From Enoplolaimus lenunculus (taxonomy: Eukaryota), in the NCBI GenBank assembly GCA_030248215.1, contig JASANG010000627.1:434001-498000 (forward strand): a stretch of DNA of 64,000 bases, given 5' to 3'. The position numbers and the translations under genes were made by a program. The first letter of the stretch is position 1. Each line of letters starts with the position of its first letter. Below the pieces are notes generated by a model. That model did not search any database, had not been told where the DNA came from, and saw nothing but the letters and a program-made list of their open reading frames with translations. Shown piece after piece: positions 1 to 13,140 of the stretch.

Positions 1-328
1 GACCCTGTGATTTATTGAATCTTTATGTGGGTTGCCAGGACCTCTTGTTGTTCATCGAAGCCTCTTTGTTGGTTGCAGAGGCATTATTCAAGAAAAAATC
101 GCACAATCATTAATCTATTCGAAGATATTTTGCGTACTCCTTCAAATTCAATGTTTTTAGGCGCGTTTGAAGGTTTCCGGCATGGTCAAAATTTTGACAA
201 TTTTTTTCAAGTGTAACCAATCCATTTTATTGAGTCACTGTAGAGTCAGGGCCCCCTGAAGAGGCGAGCCCCTCACGGTTGGCTTGGGGGATGAATGCTA
301 GTTTTGGCACTGAATGTAACTAACTTAC

Positions 329-3290
329 AGCTTTTAGGACAGCATACAGTAGTCATTACAGTCGAACCAACATGACAATAGTAATTCGCAGGGCACGTAT
401 TAGTGACTACAATGCTGAAGCCACATTTTAAATAGTTTCCACTGCCGTCATCCATTGGTTTTCCGTAAAGACACGGATTCGGTTGTTCTGTTAATATTCA
501 AGTGACACATTAATAATTAATATCAGGTAACTTGTAAGCATAAAATCTGAGTCGCTGCCTAATTATATGACAGTTGCTTATTACATTAATAATAAAACCG
601 GAAGTGCCTTATAAAATTGCTCACTTTCCATTAACGGCGAGCGCACGTAAGTAGCTAGTAGATATATACTTACATAAAAATTGGGCCTGTACCGATGAGA
701 TGAGGGCTCATAGCCTAAAAATGTTTTGACCCAAAGTTACTGCATGCCCTCAACTCTCCTGAAAAGTCCTGCTTTTTCCTAGCAAGCTGAGCTGCCTACA
801 AACTTGACATAAGCTGAAATTCTTCAAATTATTTATAGATAAAAGTTAAAATTAATGTGGTAGACGCTGTTCAATATTGTATTTCATTTAGGAAATCTTT
901 TACCCTCAAATATAAAACGGAATAAAAATATTTTTCATAAAGTTCACCTGGACACGCAGCTCGACATTCGTACAGCGATGCGAAATTGTTTCGATTGCCG
1001 CCTGAACCAAAATACGTAAAACGTTCGCAAACGCGAGTTTTTTCGTTGAACGCAAAGCGTTTAATTTGCAACGAACCAACGCCTGCGTCTTGTTTTTGTG
1101 AGCATGGATCGACTTAAAGTTGAAAATTCGTTGAAATTTTTGGCCCATATAAAGGTCTCCCCAGAAGTCTAAGGTTATTCCTGGAAGTCCAGTCTTCTGT
1201 CTCCCAGCGATCAAGTCTATAACTAACATGGGTCAAAATTTTAGACCATGATGGTTGACAAAAGATTAGAGCCTACCGTTTACTCGAACAACTCGTGTTT
1301 AGAATCGTCTTTAAAGTTAATGAAATTATAACGAAATTATGGCAATTAAGATGGATCAATGGCGCGGCAAGGAATGAGCGCTCCTGAGAGTCCCGGCAAC
1401 ACCGATCCATCATGCTGCTTAAAAAAATTTTCCGCCTTCGGCTCAATTTTAGTTAAACATTCCATTATTCACACTAATATTTATCATCTCGCTCGCTTCG
1501 CTCCGTTTTCTTTAGCCGGTACATTTTGCCCATCAACGTCAGTGCCCCCTGTTTTTTAGATAAACTAATGCGCCCTGGTAGGTCTTGGTACCTTACAAGC
1601 AAGTTCCGTCGCACAAGCGGCAGCCTCTTCTGAAACTGTAGCCACGGCAATGAAATAGTTCACGTGATTTTCGTTGAAGTCCAATTATAACGATTGTGGG
1701 CAAAATATACCAAGTTAATTACATTAAACTAACGTAGCGATGTGTATTTAACTCGAAAAAAGTTTAACAATTTACCAGCACAATTCATTTACTATGGTGC
1801 ATTGACAAATTTGATTGCCTTCGACTAAAATATCTCTAGGCGTATAACATTCAATATCCTCGAGCAGTTTTACTAATCTGTTGAGCACAACTGCTTGTAA
1901 ATATTATTCCAGTGCCGTAAATTTTCGTTTGGGAAATTTAACACAACAACGAATTAAAGTCACCATTTTGGTTCACATTTCTTTTGGAAAATCGCACCGA
2001 CATCCAATGCGTAAATTATAACATTTAGCCACCAGGCCAGACAGAAAGAAAACTGGTCTTTATAAAAATTTAGTCACAGCTTAAATCTAAGAATAAAAAA
2101 ATTTTGCTCTACTGGACTTGCTCTGACTGACCACGGGTGTGCTTATATTGAGATTAGATATATAATGCAACCATTCACCTTCGCATAGTACTTTGCAGCT
2201 TTGTGACGACGGGAAATTGTTGCTATTTCCACAACACCCTGAGTAATAAAACACTTCGCAGCGTTTACTTGTCATACTGTAATACCAACGTGGAATGCGA
2301 TACGGGCCAGTTCCGATCACTTGCGGTAGATTGCAAACGTCTCCGGTCGCCTGAGCTGAAATATTGCTTGAAACAACATTCGAATTGTTGTTTATTTTCA
2401 TCTTCTGGTTGAGTTTTTTATAACAATTTAAATTTAACGGAAACGATGCCTGATTTGATTATTAGACAAAAATAGCGCATGAGCGTCCCCACGGGGGGCA
2501 TCGGCGGGGCGAGACCCCCAATTCAGCAGGCGCCCCCAAATAAGCTCTGTCTAAAAATAAACAACTTGAAATGCAATTGTAGGGTCCCCCGAAAATTAGT
2601 CGATGTCCCTACAAAGTCACATTGCCACCGTTAGCAAACTTAGCACACATCACTTGTCTATTTCCGAACTCATACATGTTGAAAAAATCTACCATTCGAG
2701 CAACTTACAAATTTATTGCGTCAGACCAATCTGCTATTGAACTTACCGACCAATCAGATTTGATTATTCGGACAGGTGCAATACCGAACCAATCAGCGTT
2801 AGTTTTGCATCACTGTTAAAGTTTTGTTTTGCTACATCTCATAGCAGCTATTTGGCCTAGACCGTTTAGTAATAAATTGGTGCGCATAGCGTGCATTGCG
2901 GGATGGGGTTAATAGTCGCTATTTTCTAATGCAAAGTTTAGCGCATTCTTAACTTTCGAGGATGCGGACGCGGACTTCCGCAACATCCATACTGAATAGC
3001 AGATTGACCTACGACATATTCAAACAAATAAAACACGGATCGATCAGCTAATATTAAAGTTCGCACAAAATTCACCCCTAAAATTTTACAGAAACCAGCG
3101 AATAAATATTTTTAACTTACCCAGAGGCCACTGAATATTATCTTGCAAAAAATAAACTTGTTCAATGCCTGTCCATTCAGGAAACCACACATCAGTTCGT
3201 TGTGCACGATTCATTCTCACATTACGATAACTGTGAGTCAGCGTCTCTAAAGAGGGTAAACGATCAAAGATCGGGTCGTCTCGAAGGTTT
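329..3290 (-). CDS. Partial multi-exon gene: Kunitz/BPTI plus Lustrin-cysteine (WR1) repeat protein; 5' exon not identified, 3' part appears to continue past window start
   Basis: Phase-consistent GT-AG exons 3121-3290 (NLRDDPIF...WPL), 2179-2355 (Kunitz: CNLPQVIGTG..RWYY..CEVFYYSGCCGNSNNF..C..LC), 948-1112 (Kunitz: DPCSQKQDAGVG..RFAFN..CERFTYFGSGGNRNNF..C..AC), 329-487 (WR1-like: NPCLYGKP..C..CP.NYYCHVG..TVCCP). Confidence 0.85.
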
Positions 3291-4231
3291 CTGAAATAGA
3301 ATAATTACAAAAGGTGCAACGCGTAAATAATAGTCTACGAAGCGTATTTGTGTGTGCGAGCTGAACTAAATATATTTTTCAAAGGTAATTAAAATCACGT
3401 CAATGTTAGAACAGACTAGAAAATAAATACAAGAGTACATGTGGCCGCAAAACAAAATGCTGTTTGACAGCCGGGACCAAAATGAGCTGATCAACTGTTT
3501 TGTACTTCCATAGGTGTAATGAAAAATAACCTTCCAAATTTGTAGTTTCTTCACCTTATGAACATGTAAGACGGGCGTGGACCGGAATAAAGGTGCCCCA
3601 GCTGCTACGGGGCGTACATAATGCATCCCTGTCACAGCGAGGATCGAACAAAATTACTAATATACTGGTTTATTACACTTTAAGTGTGGTAGGTCCACAT
3701 GCATATGAACCTATTAAAATTAATAATTAGTAAAATTTGTCTTATTAAATAAACCAATAGACAAAACATAATGACCGTAAAAATTTGTATCAATTTCGAA
3801 AATTTAGGAAAAAAGAAAATTATGTTAATGAGAAGCTAGTTCGATTCACAAGGCCAAAAAAAATTGAAAAGGAATAAAGAAAAATCGATACAGAGCCCAA
3901 AAATCGGCAAGGAAAAGGATAACGCAATCAACGCCTTAATGCTGCAAACAACTAAGTTCAATCCAACCGCAATGCATATCCTTGGAGTTCAAGAAAATGC
4001 ATGAACGCGTGTTTGCGACCCTGAAATTCCTGTAACCACAGCAAACAATATAGAGCGGTTGAGCACCCGTTTTTGCCCTAATTTTGACAACAACCACAGA
4101 GTTAAAATAATTTCAATTGGAGAATACGAAGATAGGTGCAATCATACCTTTACACCGACCTTCCGTATGACTTATTTGCCTACAGTACAGAATGCAAAGT
4201 AACAAAAGCTTTCGTTATTCTTTCGGCCATA

Positions 4232-4650
4232 CTGTATTGACCCGAATAAGAGGGAAGGGATAATGAGAGGGAAGTCCCCATTTTGAGTCCCAATCAATAG
4301 GAGTCCGTATCCCTAATAAGAGTCCGTAAGCGGATAGAGTCCCTAAACCTTAATTAGAGTCCATAAATGTCAATTATCCCTAATTGTAGCGCATTAATGA
4401 CTCCAGGACCAAATAATTTGAGTTTGAAACTTTAAAGCGTATTTAAATTTTGAATATACATTCCTAAGTATAACCTTGTATTATCCCTCAAGCTATTGAT
4501 ACAAGACAAACAACGTTTAATTCAACGGATAGTTGCAATACTGGATATATTAGTAACCAAGGGTGTCGGAGCGTGGGTTAAAATATAATAGCAGTCCGTA
4601 ACCGAATAACAGGGGGTACCATCTGGAGAGGCCAAATAAATATCGTAACT
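4232..4650. mobile_element. Degenerate copy of the TA-flanked CTGTAGTGACCCGAATAAG (Tc1/mariner, pogo-like) MITE family; right boundary approximate
   Basis: Shares the CTGTA(T/G)TGACCCGAATAAGAGGGG end and internal AGAGTCC repeats with copies at ~8604-8830 and ~28975-29165; 4611-4644 matches the distal part of 44242-44569. Confidence 0.6.
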
Positions 4651-7600
4651 TTTTAAGAAGTTATTAATGGTTAACCTGAAATGTTTCAAAGACCCACGAG
4701 CGTTTCGAAGTTGAGCTTTAATCTGGTTATTGGCCTGGATCATAGAGCGCCATACTTTGAGCACAACTTTTGGAATGCGAGTTTGAGAATATGCATTTAA
4801 CACCTTTGATGAAAAGCTTGAACTGAATACAAGGTGACATGTCAATATGACAGTTAAAACAAAACATACCGGGCGCTGCATAATTATGATTAATGCATGA
4901 TATTGTTATCGAGTATATAATTCAACAAATCGCTGCGAAATAGCATGTCAAAACAAAAATCAACTCTTCCAAGAGAATGTGTGCGATTTTTATACGCCAT
5001 AATTTACTTCAGAAGTAGCCGCAAGAAAGGGCCCGCCATCTGTTATAATTTAATGCTACAATGTATCAATTGATAAGCTTTGAAAATTGATTCTTGCTTA
5101 GTAGCATGTTTTTTCATTTACATACATAGAATAACCCGGGTTTAACTACTTCTGAAGCCTTGAATATTAAGCACGCATTTTATATTTCGTACATCATAAA
5201 GTTTGTAGAAACTGAAAATATATCTAATGCTAACTTTACTTCGGCCGAAATTGTGACACTGGATCGTTATTTTGTATCCCAATATGTTTTAACTGCATTT
5301 ATGGCTCAAACCGTTATAAACCTACACAATGCAATATAGAGTTTACTGGCTTTTCAGTAATTTTTTCGTAACAAAATATTATTAAGCTAAAGCTGTAAAT
5401 TGTAGTTTTTTATAGAACAAAAATAAAGTGAAGTGCTGTCTCTTCCGCGTTTAGTAGCAAATTGCGCAATATTGAAGCAGTTTAAATTAAAACAAAGTCG
5501 CCGGAGCAACGAATATCGTGTCACCGACGCGAATATCGCTTAATATTTACAGTGTCATTTTAAATCTTCAAAATTTATGAAAGATTGACAAATTAAGAGT
5601 GCTAAAGTTAGCAAATACTTTAATACAAAACAGTAAAGCGCAATGTGTTCATAAGGGACATCGGTACGATTTCAATTATATATGTTCAAAATATAGCAAA
5701 AGCAGTAATATTCACAGTTCCAACAAACTAAGCTAAAATAGCATAAACTTTGTAAATCAGAAAGCCAGAATTGTTTTCTGAAGGAGTTTATTTATATGTA
5801 TGAAAATGATAAACTGCAAAATAGCCATATGCCCTATATTCTCGAAAAACAGTCTAAACGAACAGTTAAAAATGTCAAAACATCACCATTCAATGTCCCA
5901 ATGTGAATTGCAAATGTAATTCTACTTTTTTAAAAAATTCTAATTTTATAAATTTTAAGGGTTTGAACTAAACTGTCCGACTCGACATCAAATTACAAGC
6001 GGTCCATTTTCACTGATCCATTTGAACTCTACGCCGATGCCCATTATGTTCATTAATGATAAGTAAATAAGTACATAACTATAAGTTGTCCAGAACCTAA
6101 TATCCCGGACTTACAGTCGTTTAAATAAAGCTTGGGAAGGTGAAAGCTCACTTCCAGCCATTTTATTAAAATAGCCAAATCATATACCACGATTAACATA
6201 GCAACAACATATTTTAATAGAGTCTTGCAAACTGTTTTGTTCTCACATCTCAGGCAAAGGCTCTTAAACAAAATTGCCTTTTGGCTGGTATAATTGTGTC
6301 ACTCCTTGAACTTTCCAATAGATTATATTAAATGGCTGCTGAAAAACTACTGCCAATAAAAATTTTATCATATGTTTCATATTTTTAGTAATATTTAATT
6401 GTTATTCAGGATATATGCCGTGATAACTCTCTAATTTTGCCTCATTTCCAAATTTATCCATGTGACATCCTGGCCCTTACTTGGGAAAACCCAAAATAAA
6501 TATAGTTAATCGGGGATTCTGAAATTCATCCGATACCTTCTGCTTTTAATTTAGATATACAAGGTGCAACATTAAATATAATTATATTTCAAACGTTGCT
6601 TGCAGTACGGGCACTTTACTTGAATTGAACATGCAAAGTTAGAGGTGTTTCATCAAACATTTTACCAAATAAAGTCACTGAATTTTTAAGAGACTTTATA
6701 AAAATAATAATAACAATATTATTATTATAATAAAAATAATAATAATAACAATATTATTACCTATTATAATAAAAATAATAATAATAGGGAGCTCATACTT
6801 CCATATTTTCATAGCTCAACAGAAACTGTTTCGCGTGAAGAAAATTAAACAGCAGCCATGCATGCGAATGCGAGTATCCAGAAAGTCTTGCCGGGTAGCA
6901 CGTGATATATTATCGTATAAAAATTCCGTGGGCAACTTGCCACACGCTACTTGAGCACTAAATCAAAATACTAAATTTTAGTTTGGATCCCAGTTGAGGA
7001 ACCATAGCTTGGCTCACTCTCCGTGCATTCGCCAATTCTCACGTGACCCCTTACCAACCTGAGTTGAAATTAGAGTTATTATCCAATTGTTTTCATTTAG
7101 AATGAAAATCAACAATTAATTTCAGTTACAACTTTCACAGCAAACACAACACCTTGAAAGAAACAAATATATGAAACAACGCGAATGACTTGAACGGACA
7201 CAAACGTCGGCTGAAATATTAAAGTCTAAATACGTTAAAGATCTGCAAACAGCAGAGGCTGAACTCGCGACGATTAAAAAGAAAAGCGTACCGGGGCAGA
7301 GAATACAGCTTCAGATCACAATTCCTTCCCTCCTTAGTTTTTATGTACTTTATTAAACACAATTGCATATTATATTATTTGCTTTTCATATAGTGCACTT
7401 ACACTACGAAATATTATGTTGTGGAAGTTCGTACGCAAGGTACCGATCTCTTAATACCTCGCGCTGTTCAAATGTTTTTACTAAATCGCACCCTTGTTTG
7501 ATCTTAGTCGTGAAATTGAATAAGGGCCGTACAACAGGTGCATCAGGAGAAAAAACGTCCGTGCCGCACAAACCAAATACTTTTTCGTCAAGCAGTTGCA

Positions 7601-7834
7601 CTAAATCATTGAATCATCGTTAACCATTTGCCTGTTTTATTTCGAAATTCTGAACGCTGAGCCCCGCCAGTCCAAATTAATGCGACGGCAGTGCAACGCA
7701 ACACGTGTATGTATTTACGTAATATTTAGTTTACAAGCTATTTTAAAACTTCACAATGAAGTATAAAAGCACCATGCGCACGAAAGTAGGTGTATATTTC
7801 TGATACGGCCTCACAACTTGCAGTTTTTAGTAGC

Positions 7835-8245
7835 CGTATTCTCAACTGTTTGTCGTTCCTATTGCCAAATTTGCTCAAAAGCAATTCATGACTTATCACA
7901 CAAAGGAAGACGGGTGTTGCATGTATATTTGCGATTACAAATGGGCAATTGAGTTACTATTTCTACGCGTATATATATGGGCGAATTTTTTTCTGTTCAC
8001 CAGCATTTAAGCATTTGCATATTAAAACATTTTCGTACGTATTCTCAACTGTTTGTCGTTCCTATTGCCAAATTTGCTCAAAAACAATTCATGACTTATC
8101 ACCAAAAGAAGACGGGTGTTGCATGTATATTTGCGATTACAAATGGGCAATTGAGGTATTATTTCTACACGAACATATATGGACGAATTTTTTCTGTTCA
8201 CCAGCATTTGTTTATAAGCATTTGCATATTAAAACATTTTCGTAC
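7835..8245. repeat. Tandem duplication of a ~203 bp unit
   Basis: cgtattctcaactgtttgtcgttcctattgcc... starts at 7835 and again at 8038 with very high identity. Confidence 0.9.
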
Positions 8246-8306
8246 CTGAACTCTAATTTTTATCTGTTAATTACCGCTATCCTGAGCACTAATTTAGGAT
8301 TCGAAT

Positions 8307-9670
8307 TAGTGATGGGCATCGGATATTTTTTCATATCCGGATATCCGGCAATTCTTGCCGGATATTTATCCGGATATCCGTATTTCCATTTCGGATATCC
8401 GAAACTCGATATCCGAATATCCGTATTTCCATTTCGGATATCCGAAACTCGATTTTGCATTTTTTTGGGTTTCCGAACCTCAAATTTCGTTTCTTAAGCA
8501 CTTGTTTTAACTTTTTGCTGTAAAGGAAGTACCCTGATCCTCAAACAAATTGATATGAGCATAAAAGATACAATTCTAACAATCGGTATTTATTATGCCA
8601 GTACTGTAGTGACTTGAATAAGAGGGGGTACCCGTTTTGAGACCCAATGAATATATGAGTCCGTATCCCTAATAAGAGTCCGTAAGCGTATAGAGTCCCT
8701 AAACCATAATTAGAGTCCATAAATGTCAATTATTCCTAATTGTAGCGCATAAATGACTCCAGAATCAATTAAAGGTGAGTTCAAAACTTTGAAGCGTATT
8801 TAAGTTTTCAAAGTACGTTCCTATGAATTATAACCTTGCACTTTATAAGTTTTAACTCAAAAATTACCACAAACACATACTTTTTTTAATTATATATTTC
8901 CACAAATAACTGAAATTCAAGCACAAAACTAAAATAAAGTATCTAGTGGACATTTATGCGAATATCATATGATATTTCAAAAATTACAACGAATATTATA
9001 TGATATTCCCCGCACAGTGCAATATTCGCGGGCTTATAAACGAATAGAATGTGGGATGCCAGAGGCACAGATGCACCTAAAAATACCAAAAGGAAGTTTG
9101 ATTCGTTCCCGGCACAAACGTGCTCAGAACTATAGCGTGATATTCAAAAATTGAAGTAGTCAATCTAAGTCAATTAGTTTCATTTTTTCAAATTTTTAAG
9201 CAAATATCCGGCAAAAAAATTCCGGATCCGGATGCCGATTTTTTGCCGGAGCGCCGGAGACGGATATCTGGTCGCACCCTGGAATGTACCCTTCCCTCGA
9301 ACTATATATATACTTGAATCGTTTTAGTTCCAAGAACAAAGAACCAGATTGAAATACACTTACGCTAAGTCGTACAAACATCAGCCCATGTTACTTCCAG
9401 TTTTATTAAATGTCCGACCGTCAAAAAACCAGAACACGAAACTGATTGAGACGAAATAGAAACGGAATGTGGTTTAATATTCTGACTCAGGTTTGGATAC
9501 AGAATTTTTTTCGTCAGCTCCAGCTACTTTGGTGGTGAAACCATGCAAATTATTCGAAAAAAATTTTAGACAAAAGCATTTCGGATATCCGGTGGATATC
9601 CGGATACACGTTTCATTTCGGATACATATCCGGATATTTTTCATCTGCGAATATCCGGTGCCCATCTATA
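8307..9670. mobile_element. hAT-like non-autonomous element with GGATATCC-rich subterminal repeats and nested insertions
   Basis: TIRs TAGTGATGGGCATCGGATATT / AATATCCGGTGCCCATCTATA; 8-bp flanks attcgaat (8299-8306) and atttgaat (9671-9678); contains a pogo-like MITE piece and a CAGGG-type end at ~9281. Confidence 0.7.
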
Positions 9671-9768
9671 ATTTGAATATATGAAACAAACATGTTGCAC
9701 TTTGGCACTATGATATTTTGTCGTAAAATCACTGTCAAAGACAGTATTAAGTCCAAAGCTATATTTAA

Positions 9769-10031
9769 CCCTTTCTCACATGAATATTTTCTATTTCCCC
9801 TGAGACCTACTTTTATGCTAGGATTCGAACTCCAGCGACTGGAGCGGGAGGCGTATACCATCACCACTCAGCTATAGGAGCTTGACGCTTGAGCCCGAGG
9901 GGGCTCTCACGTCTTGTGGTGAGTTAGTACTATGTATACGTGTTGCAATTGTTAAACACAGTGCGATATATATTATTTAACGTATATACACTGCGCTGAG
10001 TTGCCTATAGGCAACTCAATGTGAGAAGGGG
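9769..10031. mobile_element. piggyBac-like MITE carrying a tRNA-like (A box/B box) segment on the minus strand
   Basis: TTAA on both sides (9765-9768, 10032-10035); TIRs CCCTTTCTCACAT / ATGTGAGAAGGGG; minus strand of 9817-9881 reads GCTCCTATAGCTGAGTGGT...GTTCGAATCCTAGC. Confidence 0.7.
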
Positions 10032-10320
10032 TTAAAGTCTCACTGCAACAACCGACTAACGTCCTACCCAGCATGTTGAAAGAACAAACCCGTTAAATTG
10101 AACAAATAGAGTAACGAGTAAATTTAATCAATCATGCACATAAAAAAGCCACTCATAACAGCAAGCAGTTTTGTATCATGAACTTTTTTCCAAGCAAACC
10201 AAAAATATCCAGGCTTGAAAACTTTCCACTTGTCGAGTTTTTCCAGACAAACTTACAAGCATTGTCACTTATTTCTATTTATTAAAGAGCTTAAAAACAA
10301 TTTTTGTCAACACTTATCAC

Positions 10321-10581
10321 CAGGGTGCAACCGGAGGTAAAAATACCATAGGCGGAGGTCAGTGAAACTTGAAGGAACCAGACGTAAAAGGCGAAATTAG
10401 GTAAATTAAATTGACGTTTAATTAACTAACTTTAGTAAAAATCTGTAGAATGTTGTTAAATCTTTTGGTTTTTACATTCATTTTTTACAAAATCTTGGCA
10501 ATTTTCACCTTCATTGTACCAAAAGGAAAGCGAAACGCACTAAACATAAAATTTTGGAGCCACACCTCCTGTTGCACCCTC
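10321..10581. mobile_element. CAGGGTGCAACCGGAGG-family hAT-like MITE
   Basis: TIRs CAGGGTGCAACCGGAGGT / ACCTCCTGTTGCACCCTC; same family as 56336-56695, 45862-46147 and the left end at ~20502. Confidence 0.65.
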
Positions 10582-10777
10582 AGATCGTTTAAGCTTGGAA
10601 ATTCAACATTATTTTTAATTACCCTTAATTTTGCTTATTGTCCAGTCCGCGAAATTTCCTGACCTCAAGCTCCGCTTATTCCGCCCACAAACGTACGCAA
10701 AAAGATCAATAGCCCTGGTGCAAAATTGTCCCGAGCCATTCTTCATTAGCATTTATTTTTTATACGATGATTAAATA

Positions 10778-11657
10778 CTGACCTCGCTTTCGCTGACGAC
10801 ATAGCTGTCCTTGCGGAGAATCCTAGTCAACTGTAACGCATGATAAACCGGATACACGAAAACGCGAGTCGCATAGGGCTCGTGATAAGCACGGCCAAGA
10901 CTAAGGTCTTATGCTGCAACAGTACCGACAGACCTACGTTTACGGTTGGGTATGTACCCGTCGAGTGTGTAGATAGCTTCACTTACCTCGGGAGTGTAAT
11001 CGCTCCAAGCGGTGACGGTACGATCGAGATAAACGCTCGTTTTGCTAAAGCATACAGCGCGATGTTATCCCTGAAGTAGCTCTGGGGTAACCGCAACGTA
11101 AGTCTTCCCGTAAAGAAGAGACTATACCTCGCTTGTGAACGACCTGTCTTGCTCTACGCCTGCGAATCTTGGCCCCAAAAAGCGGAACACGAACGCCGTC
11201 TTGACGCTTTCGAGCACTGTCTTGACGCTTTCCAGCACCGAATGATGCGATGGATACTACACGTGTCGTACTTAGACCACATTACAAATACAGAGGTCCG
11301 GCGTCGATTCAATGTAACTGAAACTATATCTATGAGTGTGAAGCGCCGCCGCTTTTTATGGTTCGGGCACGTCGCAAGAATGAACAGTAGAAGGCTGCCC
11401 CACATGGCCTTTTTCCATCCTGTACCACGCGACGAAGACTGGATCAGGCTGTTTCGGAGTGTTAGAACAACATGGAGACGGAAGCTACTGAAAGATGTCG
11501 ACTGCCAGCCAGTACAACGGATTATAAACCGCAACGCTACGGTATTCAAGAATCACTACGTGACATTGTTGAAAAATATCGCTCTTGATCGCACGAACTT
11601 TGTGAACTTGGTGGACGCTGTTATGAGCTGCTACTGTCCGTTGAGGATACGTAAAAT
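10778..11657 (+). mobile_element. 5'-truncated, degenerate RTE-clade non-LTR retrotransposon (C-terminal half of reverse transcriptase)
   Basis: One frame reads DLAFADDI..KTKVL..VDSFTYLGS..EINAR..LLYACESW..LDAF..WFGHVARM with two in-frame stops; candidate TSD gatgattaaata (10766-10777) / gatgatcaaaca (11658-11669). Confidence 0.9.
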
Positions 11658-13140
11658 GATGATCAAACAACGCAGTGACGTACATTTACACATGTTGTAA
11701 ATGTTTTGGCACCTACCCGCTTCTGCACGAAAACAAAACAATTTAATAAACACGACTATGTAACAGTAAACAGCAATAACATACAAAGCAAAATATCACA
11801 CGTTGGACACCCAGAAGGATACAACCTGAGCTCTGTCTCTAACTTTGACAGAAAATTGACCTCCATCTCCGGTGTAGTGAATGTTTTTATAATTTTACAC
11901 AAAACTGCATCCTTCGGTGCGTTGACTGCAATTTTTCGCCCAATTTCGACCACAAATTTTCGGGATTTCTTGAAAAACCTAAAACCAAAATTTCCGACAA
12001 CAATCCATATATTTGCTAAAATTAATATTTCAAACATTGTTTAAACTATAAGGTACCTAATTTCGTGTCATTTCCGGATGCACCTCCAACTACAAATTTG
12101 TTTAACCTCAGGCTTCAGTATTGTTCACCGTTCATCTTCGGTTGCACCCTTGCATTTAGCGGTGCTAAAACCAACAAACCACCTGAAGTACACCAAAGTG
12201 AAACATGAAAATGCTGCAAGACAGCTACATATCGATGAGGATGTAGATGAAAACAAACTGCTAAGTCAATTTCAAAATTAACTTTCGAAATGTAGTATAA
12301 AGACAAAATGTGATTGATAACAACTACATATTAAAGTCTAAACCGTCGCTTACAGCGTGCTGCATACAATTTATTTAATTGAGAAATAACCCCCAATAAT
12401 AAAATTTTTAGCTTAGCATTACGTTTAAAACTACGATGTTTAGCGAAACGCGAAACAAGGTATGTTACAAATGTCGTACACATCGAGTAAGTTCGAAGTC
12501 GAGAAGTAATGGTTGGTCGTCTTAGAATTAGCTCTTACGATTCATGACTATCTATTAAAGCTTAAGTATATCAATGCAAGAAATGGCTATACGTTTAAAA
12601 AATTATTTTGAACTAAAACTATATTAACGTCACACTATCACAAAGTTTGGTCAACACGTGGACATGCACAATATACAATATCAGAGCTGCGGACCTCTCG
12701 GAGGAAAGGACCGTAAATACTAAGCAAATAGCAATCGGTTTGCCCAGAAATATCTTCCAAACGAAGAGTTCACAGCTACACAAATCAGCTCACAATACTT
12801 AAAATTAGCTTAGATCTTCAGACTACATGTCGCAACATTTTTCACTGCATTATTGTTAACCTTTAAGCACTCAAAGTGGCTTTGATAAGTGAGCATGTTG
12901 AGTTATGAAAGAATTTAGAGGTTCCACAAAACAAATCTAAATTCATACACGAAATATCTTAAGGCAAAATCTGAGCGATCCGATTTTATAAATCCTTGCA
13001 ACCAAACAAGGCTCTAAAGAATTACAAGACATTTTGGACAACTCCATAACTGCTGTTATCGTTCTAGCTAAAGTTACCCATGAAGCCAAAAAAGACCTTG
13101 CGAGATGTCTGTAGGTGTACAGTTGTTGCATAATCAAAAA

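Noticed and set aside
1597..1824. Two small Cys-containing candidate exons in the Kunitz gene
   Set aside because: Not needed: exon 2179-2355 splices in phase directly to 948-1112 (LCEVDPC), and the candidates do not restore phase.
4522..4881. 119-aa ORF with a signal-peptide-like start
   Set aside because: Its 3' part overlaps pogo-like MITE sequence and I could not link it by splice phase to the Kunitz gene; not supportable as a gene, although its 5' part could be an exon.
7949..8497. 182-aa ORF
   Set aside because: It is made of a 203-bp tandem duplication plus GGATATCC MITE repeats, with no protein-like features.
9817..9881. tRNA gene
   Set aside because: A and B boxes are present but there is no pairing acceptor stem or credible anticodon arm; treated as SINE-like.
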